64,000 nt of DNA from an uncultured Planctomycetia bacterium (GCA_963706735.1 CAVPNQ010000071.1:3563-67562), one strand, 5' to 3'. Shown: positions 1 through 10,087, counted from the stretch's first letter. Numbers and translations: made by a program. Notes: generated by a model from the letters alone, not told the origin.

Positions 1-511
1 CGAGGGCCAGGATGTCGCCCATGAAGTGCTTGAGGTAACCGACGATGCCGTTGACCTTGATGGCGATGCCCTGGACGCAGAGGAAGGTGGTAAGGCCGAG
101 GGCGAGGGTGGTGGAGACGGTCATGGTGGGGGACTTGAGGCCGGGGACGAGGCCGACGAGGTTGCTGAAGAAGATGTAGAGGAAGAGTGTGCCCATGAGG
201 GGGAGGTAGCGGGGTCCGTCGGGGCCGAGGAGGTCCACGGTGAGGCCGCGGAGGCTTTCGACGGCCCACTCGAGGACGTTCTGGAGTTTGCCGGGGATCT
301 TGTCGAGCCTGCTTCGGCCGAGGAAGACCAGGAGGCAGAGGGAAGAGAGGGCGATGGCGGAGCAGATGAGCGCGTCGAAGAAGATCTCGGACTCATGCGC
401 GTCGAAGAGGCCGTTGAACGAGAGCCAGCCCGGGACGTGCTGTCCGTGGTCGGTCAGGGACTCGTAGAGCCCGTGGAAGATGCTGGGAGGATGTTCGACG
501 CCGCCTGCCAT
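1..511 (-). CDS. atpB: F0F1 ATP synthase subunit a (3'-truncated by window)
   Basis: Minus-strand translation MAGGVEHPP...IPGKLQNVLEWAVE...LFLYIFFSNLVGLVPGLKSPT...TTLALGL matches subunit a motifs; follows atpI/atpZ-like genes. Confidence 0.95.
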   Translation of the reverse strand, partial: MAGGVEHPPSIFHGLYESLTDHGQHVPGWLSFNGLFDAHESEIFFDALICSAIALSSLCLLVFLGRSRLDKIPGKLQNVLEWAVESLRGLTVDLLGPDGPRYLPLMGTLFLYIFFSNLVGLVPGLKSPTMTVSTTLALGLTTFLCVQGIAIKVNGIVGYLKHFMGDILAL

Positions 512-871
512 TCAGTCCTTCCTTGTTGCGCTGCCGACTGCCCCGAGCACGGCGAGGGAAGTCGCGACCAGTCCCGCACCGAACCCGTACTCGTTGGCGA
601 GGTGGAAACTGAAAAGGACCCACATCGCCCCCGCGAGAATGCCGTACTTCGCCAGCACCAGCGCGACCACCAGGGATCTGCCGCGGCCGCTACGTTCCCC
701 CGCGTGGCCCACGATCAGGTGCCACGTGGCGAAAGGCACGACCCCGGCAACGGCTCCTGCCACGACCCCGGCTGTCACCTTCGGGTCACGCCATGCGAGG
801 GAGACCGCGGTGGCGGCGAGCGCGATCCCGGTTGCCGTGAGGTAGTACCTGCGGAGCTGTCTGTCCATCAT
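512..871 (-). CDS. atpI: ATP synthase protein I-like membrane protein
   Basis: 119 aa, 4 hydrophobic helices, immediately upstream of atpB. Confidence 0.75.
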   Translation of the reverse strand: MMDRQLRRYYLTATGIALAATAVSLAWRDPKVTAGVVAGAVAGVVPFATWHLIVGHAGERSGRGRSLVVALVLAKYGILAGAMWVLFSFHLANEYGFGAGLVATSLAVLGAVGSATRKD

Positions 872-1086
872 CGCTTCAGGAACCGGCGATAGATGTCCCA
901 GATCTGCAGGAACCCGACGGCGAGCCCGAGAAGGACGCCCGTCGCGGTGCCCCAGGGCTCAACGCCCCACCTGACGCCGACGTGGTGCCCGACCCAGTAC
1001 CCGAGGGCGGTCGTGACACCTAGCGCCACGGTCGCCCCCGACATCAACCCCATGACCTTGAGAGTATCGCGGGTCCACTCGTTCAT
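868..1086 (-). CDS. AtpZ/AtpI family small membrane protein
   Basis: 72 aa, 2 TM, LGYWVG...PWG...G motif; first gene of atp operon. Confidence 0.8.
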   Translation of the reverse strand: MNEWTRDTLKVMGLMSGATVALGVTTALGYWVGHHVGVRWGVEPWGTATGVLLGLAVGFLQIWDIYRRFLKR

Positions 1087-1113
1087 GCTCTCGCCGCCTT
1101 GAGGTCGCGAGGG

Positions 1114-1141
1114 AGGATAACCGGGGTCGAAAGCGTGTCAA
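1114..1141 (-). promoter_or_regulatory. sigma70-type promoter of atp operon
   Basis: TTGACA-N16-TATCCT on minus strand. Confidence 0.55.
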
Positions 1142-1243
1142 GAAATCGGGGAAGCGAGCGGGGTCCGGGACGCGGTCGCGGCGTCGTGAAATAAAAACAG
1201 CCGTGCGTTTGGAGCACGGCCGCCGGTGTCGAGGGCGTGATCG

Positions 1244-1924
1244 CTATTCCATCTCGAAGCCGAGGACGCGGACTACCTTGTCGCCGCTGAACTCGACCGC
1301 GACCTTGTTGCCCTGGTTTGCGACCCATCCCCATCCGCGGGTCCTCCAGCCCGGGCCCAGCTGCGGGTAGCGCCACTGGTCGGCGGACGTCGGGTCCGTG
1401 ATGGCCGGCGGGTACCCGCACGCCGCCAGCACCTGCGCCCGCGTCATCCCGACCACCGGCCGGGCGAACTTGATCCCGTCCGCGACGTCGCCGGAACCCG
1501 CGTCGAATCCCGCCTTCGGGTCCTGCACCGCCAGGAACTTCTGGATCTCCTGGTACTGGTCCTTGTACCCGGCGCCGTACCCGACATAGATCCAGAACGC
1601 CCGCCCGTCGTCCGTCTTCACCTGCCACCGCGTGTCGTCCTTCGCCGTCTCCGTCACCGTCACCGCCGTTCCCATCGCCAGGAATTCCCCGGAAAGCCAG
1701 GACTCGAAATCGATCTGCGCGCCCTTCACCACGCGCAGGTTGGTGCGCGTCCAGTACTTGCCTCCCACGCGGATCTGCCCGCCCGGCCCGCCGACAAGCT
1801 CCGCCGTCGGGTTCGGACCCACCGCGGGCCCGTTCGCGGCCGAGGCCCTGGGAGCCGAAGAGCCGCAACCGGCGGCGGCGAGGGAAGCTGCAAAGAGGGA
1901 AGCGAAGAGGAGAGACCTGATCAT
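1244..1924 (-). CDS. Lipoprotein with C-terminal SmpA/BamE-like motif
   Basis: Lipobox LAAAGC; VVGMTRAQVLAACGYP...WRY motif. Confidence 0.7.
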   Translation of the reverse strand: MIRSLLFASLFAASLAAAGCGSSAPRASAANGPAVGPNPTAELVGGPGGQIRVGGKYWTRTNLRVVKGAQIDFESWLSGEFLAMGTAVTVTETAKDDTRWQVKTDDGRAFWIYVGYGAGYKDQYQEIQKFLAVQDPKAGFDAGSGDVADGIKFARPVVGMTRAQVLAACGYPPAITDPTSADQWRYPQLGPGWRTRGWGWVANQGNKVAVEFSGDKVVRVLGFEME

Positions 1925-2175
1925 GGCGTGAGCTCCAAAGAGTCGTTTGAGGGGGACATGCGCACGATAGCGGTGGAGGAGCGTGCTGTGAAGTGCGTGC
2001 GCGGTGGAGAACCTGATCAGACGTCCCACAGATTCATCGCTTCACTTTTCCGATTCGAAATCATGACTAATATGATCGTGATTGTTCGATACAAGTGGTT
2101 GCGATGAAAGGTTTTGCGTTGATCCTCGTCCGCGCTTCCTTACAATCACTCCCGTTCACTCACGGAGAATCCGCC

Positions 2176-2724
2176 ATGCCCCAGCTCTCCTGGGAACAGT
2201 TCGTCTCGCGAGCCGCGTCCTTCCCCGGCGCCGCCATTTCCGTTCGCGACCTCACGCGGCTCGTCCACGATCTCAACATCACCGAGGATCTCATCACCTC
2301 GCACCAGGCGTGGTCCCCCGACGCCTACCAGCGCATCCCTCTTCTCCGCACTGACAATCTCGAGGCCCTCGTCCTTTGCTGGGAGGACGGGCAGGAAACC
2401 GTCATCCACGACCACGGACCGTCGTGCGCCGTCGCCAAGGTCTTCTCGGGCACGACCTTCATCGAGAATTTCCGCCGCGTCGACAGGGGCGAAAAGTCAG
2501 GCTTCGCGAAGCTCGACGTCATCGAGCGCCTCGAACTCAAGCCCGGCGACATCACCGCAAGCGACGTCGGCGGCATCCACTCCATGGGCAACCACATGGG
2601 CGGCCGCAAGCGCATGATCACCGTGAACTTCTACTCGCCGCCCCTGTCGAAAATCCAGACCTTCGACCGCGCGACCGGCGCCGTCGGCGAAAAGATGTAC
2701 CCCGCGCTGCTCGAAACGATCTAA
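2176..2724 (+). CDS. Cysteine dioxygenase family (cupin) protein
   Basis: LCWEDGQETVIHDHG, IHSMGN, VNFYSPP motifs; GGAG RBS before ATG 2176. Confidence 0.9.
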   Translation: MPQLSWEQFVSRAASFPGAAISVRDLTRLVHDLNITEDLITSHQAWSPDAYQRIPLLRTDNLEALVLCWEDGQETVIHDHGPSCAVAKVFSGTTFIENFRRVDRGEKSGFAKLDVIERLELKPGDITASDVGGIHSMGNHMGGRKRMITVNFYSPPLSKIQTFDRATGAVGEKMYPALLETI

Positions 2725-2726
2725 CT

Positions 2727-3080
2727 CTACTTTTTCAGCTCCTTCACGAACCGCGCCATCGCTTCGCGCTGCTCGCGCGTCGCTTCAAATTTCGGCATGT
2801 CCCCCTTGCCGTGCTCCAGCTGCCGCAGAATCTCCTCCTCCGTCTTCTCCGTGCCGGCGATCTTGGGGAAGCGCCCCTTGCCCTGGCCCGTGGGCCCGTG
2901 GCAGATCGCGCAGTTCCGCGAGAAGATGGCGGCCATGTCCATGTCCTCCGGCGCGACCTTCGGCTGCGAGGAAGGGAAGACGATGAGGAGGCCCATCAGC
3001 GCGGCCACGAAGAGGCCGACTCCCACCAGCGTGATCCTGCTGACGGGCGGTGCGGGCTCCGGGGTGATCGGCTCAGCCAT
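2727..3080 (-). CDS. Monoheme cytochrome c, membrane anchored
   Basis: CAICH heme motif, GKGDMPKF axial Met, N-terminal TM. Confidence 0.9.
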   Translation of the reverse strand: MAEPITPEPAPPVSRITLVGVGLFVAALMGLLIVFPSSQPKVAPEDMDMAAIFSRNCAICHGPTGQGKGRFPKIAGTEKTEEEILRQLEHGKGDMPKFEATREQREAMARFVKELKK

Positions 3081-3122
3081 GCGGCGCGGATGATATCCGT
3101 CGCTGCCCGAAGCGCAACCGTG

Positions 3123-3743
3123 CTACTTCGTGGGCGTGTACGGCTTCGGGCGCGGCTTCCACAGGTCTTCTTCTTCGGAGCCGTCCCGTTTTTCCTCTTC
3201 GCGGATCCAGGTTTCGGAATCCTCGACGACGACAGGGCGGCCGTCGTCCTTGAGGATGTCCACGCCGAAGAAGCCGGTGATGAAATCGACGAACTCGACC
3301 GGGCGGAATCCGGCCTCGATGCCGACGATCACGATGGCGAGCGAGAACCCGATTTCGTCGGCCGTCCGCGGCTGGTCGCGGTACTCCTCTTCGTACTCAG
3401 CCGTGTACGCCCGCTTGTAGAGGCGCGGGCCGATCGACTCGGGGCCGATGCCACCCTCGAAGCCGCGGCGCTTGTGGATCCCGGCCCAGCGGCCGTTCAC
3501 GGCGATGTGGCCGGTCTCGTACTCGGCGTCCTCGGGGCCCTCGCCGGTCTTGAACCCCTCGACCTGGATTCCCGCCTGCACGAGGTGCGTGAGCCGGATG
3601 CTCGCCCCGGCCTGCGGCCCGAGCGACAGGTCGAGGTGAAAGATGTCCCCCGCGTCCCGCACGCGGTTCTGGACATAGCCGCAGCCTCCGAGGACGGAGC
3701 TCGCGGCAAGGACGATGAACATCCGGGTGGCGGCTCGGGACAC
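3123..3743 (-). CDS. Hypothetical lipoprotein
   Basis: Lipobox LGGC; GC3-rich frame; GTG 3743 lies 6 nt after TAGACT. Confidence 0.7.
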   Translation of the reverse strand: MSRAATRMFIVLAASSVLGGCGYVQNRVRDAGDIFHLDLSLGPQAGASIRLTHLVQAGIQVEGFKTGEGPEDAEYETGHIAVNGRWAGIHKRRGFEGGIGPESIGPRLYKRAYTAEYEEEYRDQPRTADEIGFSLAIVIVGIEAGFRPVEFVDFITGFFGVDILKDDGRPVVVEDSETWIREEEKRDGSEEEDLWKPRPKPYTPTK

Positions 3744-3817
3744 GCGCAAAGTCTACTCCATCCGACGGCTCACCGCGCGTCTAAGCCGGGCCGGGAAAGA
3801 GACTTGACCCTCTTCGC

Positions 3818-4195
3818 TTATTCTTCGGCCGCGCCCGCCTTCGCGTGCCACCGCACCTTCTTCGCGTCCGCCCAGAAATTCTCGAGCTCGTAGTAGCGGC
3901 GCATCTCCTCATGGAACAGGTGGATCACCACGTCCCCGAAATCCACGAGCACCCACGCCCCCGCGTCGTACCCCTGCATCCCCACCCGCTTCCGCCCCTG
4001 ACCCTTCAGCATCTGCGAAATCTCGTCCGCAATCGCCTGGAGCTGCTTGCGGTTGTTGCCGCTGGCGATGACGAAATAGTCCGAGATGAAGGCGATCTTC
4101 CGGATGTCCAGCACGACGATGTCCGTCGCCTTCTTGCCTTCCGCGATCCGCGCGCACTCCACAGCAGTCTCGCGAGCTTCGTCCTTTCTCGGAAT
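3818..4195 (-). CDS. rsfS: Ribosome silencing factor RsfS (probable ATT start; GTG 4162 alternative)
   Basis: KKATDIVVLDI, DYFVIASG, WVLVDFGDVVIHLF, RRYYELENFW motifs. Confidence 0.93.
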   Translation of the reverse strand: MPRKDEARETAVECARIAEGKKATDIVVLDIRKIAFISDYFVIASGNNRKQLQAIADEISQMLKGQGRKRVGMQGYDAGAWVLVDFGDVVIHLFHEEMRRYYELENFWADAKKVRWHAKAGAAEE

Positions 4196-4207
4196 CTTGC
4201 CCTCCTT

Positions 4208-5470
4208 TCAGCGTCCCTTGAGCCAGCCCGCGTGCTCCCTGATCAGAAGCGACTGCGGCGAGTCACCCGGGAGGTTGTAGCGGAATTCCTCGAGGATGTC
4301 GTCATACTTCTTGAGCGCTTCCACGTTCTTCCCCGCTCCCTCCAGCCGCAGGCAGGCCTGGAGCTGCTGGACGAAGCGGACCATGTCGGGCCAGTGGATG
4401 TTCTCGGTGTTGTCGGCGCGGATGCAGAGATCGGAGTAGAGAGCGACGAGCGTGCGCCCCAGGTAGTCCGCCCCCTCGTCCGGCTTGCCCTCGCGCGCGA
4501 GCGTAAACGCCCTGGCCAGCGGGCCGTCCGTGAGGTCCACGATCCGGTCGTGCACCCCGTTGTGGTGCGGAAACGTCTTGTCCAGCACCACGTATTCCTG
4601 CAGAAGCTCCACCCGGACCGCGTCCGCGTCGCCCCCCTCGCGCTCGATCCGGGCCAGCTTCTCCTCCAGGGCGTAGGGGCGGTGAAGCGCGTCGCAGAGG
4701 TCGACGATCCGCGCGTTGATTCCCGTGGTCCCGCGGTCCAGCATCAGCCGCCGGTAGAGGTCGCGGCCTTCGTCGATGATCTGGTGCGCCTTCTCGAACT
4801 CCCCGCGCTTCATCAGCAGGTCCGCCCATCGCAGGTACGCGTCCTGCATCATCCCGTCGGCGGGCGGAGTCGTGTTGTTCATCCCCTTGGACTGCGCGAG
4901 CATCAGCGCGTCGCGGAGAGTGTGAGCGGCGTCTTCCCACGCGTCGCGCCCCTTCCAGGCCTTGTAGCGCTCGAGCAGCATCGGTTCCTGCGGAAGGCGG
5001 TGATAGAGCATGTACCCCTTGTGAAAGAGCAGCTTTTCGCTCGCGGGATTCCGCCGGACCGACTGGTCCGAGTCCTCCAGCGCGCTCTTCACCCACAGCC
5101 ACCGTTCTTCTTCCGACTCCTGCTGGGCCGCGATGTTGTAGGCCTTGGCCCAGGCGAGGTGCTGCCAGATGTCGGCCATGTTCGGCTGGAGACGCAGCAG
5201 GATCTCGAGGAGGGCGTTGACCTCGACGTAATTGCGCGCCTTCTCCGCCTTCGTGTACTGGATCCACAGGTAGTCGATCGCAACCGCGCGCATCCCGCCC
5301 AGCAGCATCGACGCCGTGTACTCCGCCATGTACTGCGCGGGCGGCATCTTCCCGAACGGGTTCGTCGCGGCGAGCTCCTGCTTCTCCGGCATCGCGTCGA
5401 TGCGCTGTTGCGAGAAGTGCACCGCGGCCAGCAGGGCGGCCGCCAGCAGGACCGCCAGGATGCGCTTCAT
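4208..5470 (-). CDS. Planctomycete-type TPR-like protein associated with ABC exporter
   Basis: MKRILAVLL signal/TM; LLGGMRAVAIDYLW...LQPN...W...AW..AYNI conserved block. Confidence 0.75.
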   Translation of the reverse strand: MKRILAVLLAAALLAAVHFSQQRIDAMPEKQELAATNPFGKMPPAQYMAEYTASMLLGGMRAVAIDYLWIQYTKAEKARNYVEVNALLEILLRLQPNMADIWQHLAWAKAYNIAAQQESEEERWLWVKSALEDSDQSVRRNPASEKLLFHKGYMLYHRLPQEPMLLERYKAWKGRDAWEDAAHTLRDALMLAQSKGMNNTTPPADGMMQDAYLRWADLLMKRGEFEKAHQIIDEGRDLYRRLMLDRGTTGINARIVDLCDALHRPYALEEKLARIEREGGDADAVRVELLQEYVVLDKTFPHHNGVHDRIVDLTDGPLARAFTLAREGKPDEGADYLGRTLVALYSDLCIRADNTENIHWPDMVRFVQQLQACLRLEGAGKNVEALKKYDDILEEFRYNLPGDSPQSLLIREHAGWLKGR

Positions 5471-6915
5471 CGGAATTCCCTCATCCGCAGGAAGGCGAGG
5501 CCGGCCAGGAGGGCGCCCACGACGTAGGCGAAGGCGAACTTGAACCCCTCGAAGATGCGGGCCGCGGGGATGTCGATGCCGCGGAGGATCGGGGTGGAGG
5601 CGTCGAACGTGTTGAGGTCGGGGATGGCGGCGAGGGAGACGCGGGAGACGGCCTGGGAGAAGCGGAGGACGGCGACGGGGAAGTCGTCGTTGGTGCCGTG
5701 GGAGTGCTCGTGTTCGTCCATTTCGCGTTCCTTCTCGGCGACCGCGATGCGCTCCTGCATGGTGGGAAGGCTCTCGCGGACGAAGCCGACCATGGACCCG
5801 GTGACGAAGACCGCGAGGCCGAACAGGAGGTTGACCGGCGCGGACAGGACGGTGGACCCGGCGATCGTGATCGAGAGGACGACCATCCAGAGCAGGTACG
5901 TGGAGGCGATCGCCTTGGCGAAGTTCCACTCGAAGCTGTGCGGCGCCGACATCACGACGATGCTCCGGGGCCGCACGCTCAGAGTGAGGTTGGGCTTCGC
6001 GCGCTTGACCGCGATGTCCAGCGCCCCGTCCGCGCCGAACCAGCCCCGGGGAATCTCCAGGTCGAACGGAATCATGTGCTTGGCGACGAGCTTGCGCGAA
6101 GCGATGCGCGGCGGAAGGGGAGCGTCCGGCGGGGCGTTGGGGTCCGGTTCCCTCAAGAAGGTGACCTTCCAGCCCATCGCGGCGGCCTCGGCGGCGGGGA
6201 CGTCGCGGGAAACGGGGCGCAGGAAAATTTCCATTTCGCCGAACGTCAGCATCGACGCGCCCTGGACCTCGAGCGTGCAGCGCGCCGTGACCTTCTCCGG
6301 CAGGTCCGTGACGTCGAGGTTGCGGAACGCCCAGAACGCCACCGTGTCGCCGGTGCCCGAGATCATCCCGATCAGCGGGTCCGCCGTGGACGAACGCGCT
6401 TCCACCTTCGACTGCCCGTCCACCTCCTCGACGCGCACTTCGCGCGCCTCGAATTCCGTCCGCGAGGCGAGGGTGCCGCCGCCGTGCGCGACGACGCGCA
6501 CGAAGACCGTGCAGATGAGGAACGCGGCAAACGCGAAGACGGCGAGGAGGGTGGCGAAGCCGGTGAAGCGGCCCGCGAGGAGCTGCCAGCGGGAGAGCGG
6601 CTTGGTGAGGAGGGTGAAGACGCGGCGTTCCTCGATGTCGTCCGGAAGGGAGACGCCCGCGAGGAAGACCGCGATGAGCACGCCGAAGAACATGATCGCG
6701 CGCTGGGCCCACGTTTCGACCAGGGGCACGCGGTCCTCGGGGCGGATGGCGGGGAGAAGGGCGGTCGCGCCGAGCATGACGACGGTGAAGACGACGAGCA
6801 CGACGAAGACTTTCTTCCGCACCGATTCCCGCAGCGTGAGCCCCGACAGCGCGCCGACGGCCCCCAGCGGCGAGCGCCGCAGGCCGAGCGCGAGGGCGGC
6901 GAGGCGGTTGCGCAT
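5467..6915 (-). CDS. ABC transporter permease
   Basis: LTLRESVRKK, SLPDDIEERRVFTLLTKPLSRWQLLAGRF; multiple TMs. Confidence 0.88.
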   Translation of the reverse strand: MRNRLAALALGLRRSPLGAVGALSGLTLRESVRKKVFVVLVVFTVVMLGATALLPAIRPEDRVPLVETWAQRAIMFFGVLIAVFLAGVSLPDDIEERRVFTLLTKPLSRWQLLAGRFTGFATLLAVFAFAAFLICTVFVRVVAHGGGTLASRTEFEAREVRVEEVDGQSKVEARSSTADPLIGMISGTGDTVAFWAFRNLDVTDLPEKVTARCTLEVQGASMLTFGEMEIFLRPVSRDVPAAEAAAMGWKVTFLREPDPNAPPDAPLPPRIASRKLVAKHMIPFDLEIPRGWFGADGALDIAVKRAKPNLTLSVRPRSIVVMSAPHSFEWNFAKAIASTYLLWMVVLSITIAGSTVLSAPVNLLFGLAVFVTGSMVGFVRESLPTMQERIAVAEKEREMDEHEHSHGTNDDFPVAVLRFSQAVSRVSLAAIPDLNTFDASTPILRGIDIPAARIFEGFKFAFAYVVGALLAGLAFLRMREFR

Positions 6916-7773
6916 CTAGTTTTCTTCCTTGCGCTTCCCGATGATCGACAGGAAGAGGTCCTCGAGCGAGCGGCGCGGCTCGGTGATGTCCTCGAGCAGG
7001 CCGCCGGCGGCCTCGATCGCCTGGGCGACCTCGAGGCGCTTCTCCGTCTCCAGCCCGTGCACGAGGAACTGTGTCTTGTCGGGGACGCGGATCATGTCCT
7101 TGAGGGAGCCCATCGCGCGCAGCTGTCCCTGGTACATGATCCCGACGCGGTCGCAGACGTCCTCGATGTCGGCGAGGAGGTGGGAGGACATGAAGACCGT
7201 TTTCCCCTGGGTCTTGAGCTCCAGGATCAGGTCCTTTACCTGGCGCGAGACGATCGGGTCGAGCCCGCTGGTCGGCTCGTCGAGGAAGATCACCTCGGGA
7301 TCGTTGATGAGCGCCTGCGCCAGCCCGACGCGCCGCGCCATGCCTTTCGAGTACTCGCGCACCGGCCGGTGCTTTGCGTCCTTCAGCCCGACCTGGTCGA
7401 GCAGCTTCTCCGCGCGTTCCTTGCGCACCGACCGCGGCATCCCGAACAGCTTCCCGTAGAAATCGAGCGTCTCCACGGCCGAGAGGAACCGGTACAGGTA
7501 GGACTCCTCGGGCAGGAAGCCGATCCGCTCCTTCGTCCCGATGTGCGTCGGGTCCTTCCCAAGCACCGTCGCGGACCCGCTCGTCGGGTAGAGCAGCCCG
7601 AGCAGCATCTTCATCGTCGTCGTCTTGCCGCTGCCGTTTGGCCCGAGGAACCCGAACACCTCGCCGCGCTCGACGCGCAGGTTCAGGTTGTCCACCGCCT
7701 TGTGCTTGCGGCGCCCCCAGAAGCCCGTGAAGACTTTCGTGAGGTTCTGTGTCTCGATGACCGCGTCAGGCAT
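6916..7773 (-). CDS. ABC transporter ATP-binding protein
   Basis: Walker A GPNGSGKT, signature YSKGM, Walker B IFLDEPT. Confidence 0.95.
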   Translation of the reverse strand: MPDAVIETQNLTKVFTGFWGRRKHKAVDNLNLRVERGEVFGFLGPNGSGKTTTMKMLLGLLYPTSGSATVLGKDPTHIGTKERIGFLPEESYLYRFLSAVETLDFYGKLFGMPRSVRKERAEKLLDQVGLKDAKHRPVREYSKGMARRVGLAQALINDPEVIFLDEPTSGLDPIVSRQVKDLILELKTQGKTVFMSSHLLADIEDVCDRVGIMYQGQLRAMGSLKDMIRVPDKTQFLVHGLETEKRLEVAQAIEAAGGLLEDITEPRRSLEDLFLSIIGKRKEEN

Positions 7774-7783
7774 GGCGCCCCGC

Positions 7784-8524
7784 CTAGCGGGAAGGGTCCC
7801 CGTAGCGCGCGACCTCGCGGTTCGTGACGGGGTCGATCACGACGAAGAAGTCCGGGCCCGTCCCGATCAGCGTGAGCCCGTCGATCTCCGTTTTCCGGAG
7901 GAGCCGGTCGCCGAGGAACGGCGTCGCGGCGATCATCATCGAGGTCATCGAACGCGGACGATCCGCCCGGGCCGGGCCGTTCCCGACGTAACACGCCACG
8001 TCCGGGACCAGCCGGAGGTCGTTCATCGAGGCCACTCCTCCGCGCCCGAGAGCTTCACCGGCCGCCTTCCGCGACGGAAGCGCCCCCGTGTACGAGCCCT
8101 TCTGCGGACCGAGCGCGCGCGACAGGACGCGGACGACGCGGTCGTTGATGCGCCACATGAAGCGGGAGGCGCCGTTGCGCGGCATGCGGCTTTCGATCGG
8201 GAGGCGGGTGCGGGCGTCGATGCTCCAGTTCGGGTCGAACGAGGGCCGCCCGCAGATGCCGACGCAGGTCTGGGGGTGAAGGATGGCCTGCCCGCGCTTG
8301 TAGTCGCGCACTGCGCCGGCGGCCACGCACATCGTGACGACGATGAACGGGGAGAAGAGGGTGCTGCGCGTCATCGCCCACGCGCTGCCACTGCGGACGC
8401 TGCGCAGCATGGAAAACAGCGCGAGCGGTGCGGAGACGACGGGGCAGAGGGGGAAAGTGAGCCAGGAGGCGAGCCAGGAGAGGAAACCGGCGGGGCGGCA
8501 GGCCGAGTTGGAGAGGCAGCACAT
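7784..8524 (-). CDS. Hypothetical membrane protein
   Basis: GC3-rich frame, two N-terminal TMs, ATG 7 nt after TACCAT, co-oriented with ABC genes. Confidence 0.65.
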   Translation of the reverse strand: MCCLSNSACRPAGFLSWLASWLTFPLCPVVSAPLALFSMLRSVRSGSAWAMTRSTLFSPFIVVTMCVAAGAVRDYKRGQAILHPQTCVGICGRPSFDPNWSIDARTRLPIESRMPRNGASRFMWRINDRVVRVLSRALGPQKGSYTGALPSRKAAGEALGRGGVASMNDLRLVPDVACYVGNGPARADRPRSMTSMMIAATPFLGDRLLRKTEIDGLTLIGTGPDFFVVIDPVTNREVARYGDPSR

Positions 8525-8573
8525 GGGAGGGATGGTAACTCGGGCGCGGGATGGGGAGCAAGAACGGTCGGAA

Positions 8574-8660
8574 TTTCGGGTTTTGGGTTCCGGAAGTTGA
8601 GTTCAGAGTTCTGGGTTCAGAGTTCGGGGTTCGGTTGGGGTTGGTGGTTGGGTGTGGGAG
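8574..8660. repeat. Degenerate G/T-rich heptamer tandem repeats
   Basis: GAGTTCA/GAGTTCT/GGGTTCA/GAGTTCG/GGGTTCG units in intergenic DNA. Confidence 0.6.
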
Positions 8661-8716
8661 GATGGCTTGCGGCGCGTCCCGGAGGCGTCATGCGAAGTCT
8701 GCATTGAGAAGTAGTC

Positions 8717-10087
8717 CTACGCCTCCGCTTCTCCCCTCAACCCGTGACGCTCCATCTTCTTTCTCAGCGTGGCGCGGTTGATGCCCAGGCGCCGGCTTGC
8801 GGCGCTCAGCGAGCCCTTGGCGTCCGACAGGGCCTTCTCGATCAGCAGCTTCTCCCACTTGTCGCTCACCGCGTCCCACGCCGCGCCGTCCGGCGCATCT
8901 CCGAGCCACCGCTCCACCAGCTGCTTCGCCTTCTCGTCGTCCGGCCCGCCCGCCTTCGAATGCAGCCGCGGGGGGAGGTGCTCGGGAAGGATCGGGCCGC
9001 CGCGCGACAGCACTACCGCCTGCTCGACCGCGTTGCGCAGCTCCCGCACGTTCCCGGGCCAGTCGTACGCCATCATCGTCCCCAGCGCTTCTTCGCTCAC
9101 CGCCTTGCCGCCGTCCTGGAGGAAGCGCGCGACGAGGCGCGGGATGTCGGACTTGCGTTCGCGGAGGGGAGGAAGGGTGATCGCGACGACGTTGAGGCGG
9201 TAGAACAGGTCCTCGCGGTACGCGCCGTCGGCGACGAGCTGGCGGAGGTCGCGGTTCGTGGCCGCGATGATGCGGACGTCGGCGGTCAGGAGTTCCGTGC
9301 CGCCGACGCGCGTGAACGAATGGTCCTCGAGGAAGCGCAGGAGCTTGGCCTGCGCGGGTTGCGGGAGGTCGCCGACCTCGTCGAGAAAAACGGTGCCGCC
9401 CTGGGCGACCTCGAACTTCCCGGGCTTGGTCCGCAGCGCGCCCGTGAAGGCGCCCTTCTCGTGCCCGAACAGCTCGCTCTCGACGAGGCCCTCGGGGAGG
9501 GAAGCGCAGTTGATCGGCTCGAAGTTTTTCTTTGCGCGCCGCGAATTGGCGTGGATCGCGCGCGCGACGAGCTCCTTGCCGGTGCCGCTCTCGCCCGTCA
9601 CCAGCACCGTCGCGTCGGTCACGCACACCGCACCGATCTTCTTGAACACGTCCTGCATCCCGGGCGTAGAGCCGACGAGCCCGCCCAGGTCTCCCTCCGC
9701 CTGGTGCTTCGCAACCTCCTTCGACACCGTCCGCCGCTCCAGCGCACGCGCGACCGCCGACTCCGCTTCCGCAAGGTCGATCGGCTTGGTGATGTACTCG
9801 AACGCCCCCGACTTGATCGCCTCCACCGCGGTCTGCATCGTCCCGTGTGCGGTGATCACGATGACCGGCAGGTCCGGCCGGCGCTCGCGGATGCGGCGAA
9901 GCGCCGTCAGGCCGTCCATGCCCGGGAGGCGCACGTCGAGGATGACGAGGTCCACCTCGGGCGAGAGCGCGGCGAGCCCTTCCTCCGCGGTGGGCGCCAC
10001 GACCGCGCGGTGTCCCTTGCCCTCGAGCATCTGCCGGAAGGCCCAGCAGATGGTGGGTTCGTCGTCGATGACCAGGGCGAGCGCCAT
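8717..10087 (-). CDS. Sigma-54-dependent response regulator (NtrC/AtoC family)
   Basis: Receiver domain, GESGTGKE, GAFTGA, C-terminal Fis HTH. Confidence 0.95.
   Translation of the reverse strand: MALALVIDDEPTICWAFRQMLEGKGHRAVVAPTAEEGLAALSPEVDLVILDVRLPGMDGLTALRRIRERRPDLPVIVITAHGTMQTAVEAIKSGAFEYITKPIDLAEAESAVARALERRTVSKEVAKHQAEGDLGGLVGSTPGMQDVFKKIGAVCVTDATVLVTGESGTGKELVARAIHANSRRAKKNFEPINCASLPEGLVESELFGHEKGAFTGALRTKPGKFEVAQGGTVFLDEVGDLPQPAQAKLLRFLEDHSFTRVGGTELLTADVRIIAATNRDLRQLVADGAYREDLFYRLNVVAITLPPLRERKSDIPRLVARFLQDGGKAVSEEALGTMMAYDWPGNVRELRNAVEQAVVLSRGGPILPEHLPPRLHSKAGGPDDEKAKQLVERWLGDAPDGAAWDAVSDKWEKLLIEKALSDAKGSLSAASRRLGINRATLRKKMERHGLRGEAEA

Noticed and set aside
26-892. 288-aa plus-strand ORF
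   Set aside because: Antisense shadow of atpB/atpI; many other long ORFs in the track are similar GC-rich shadows
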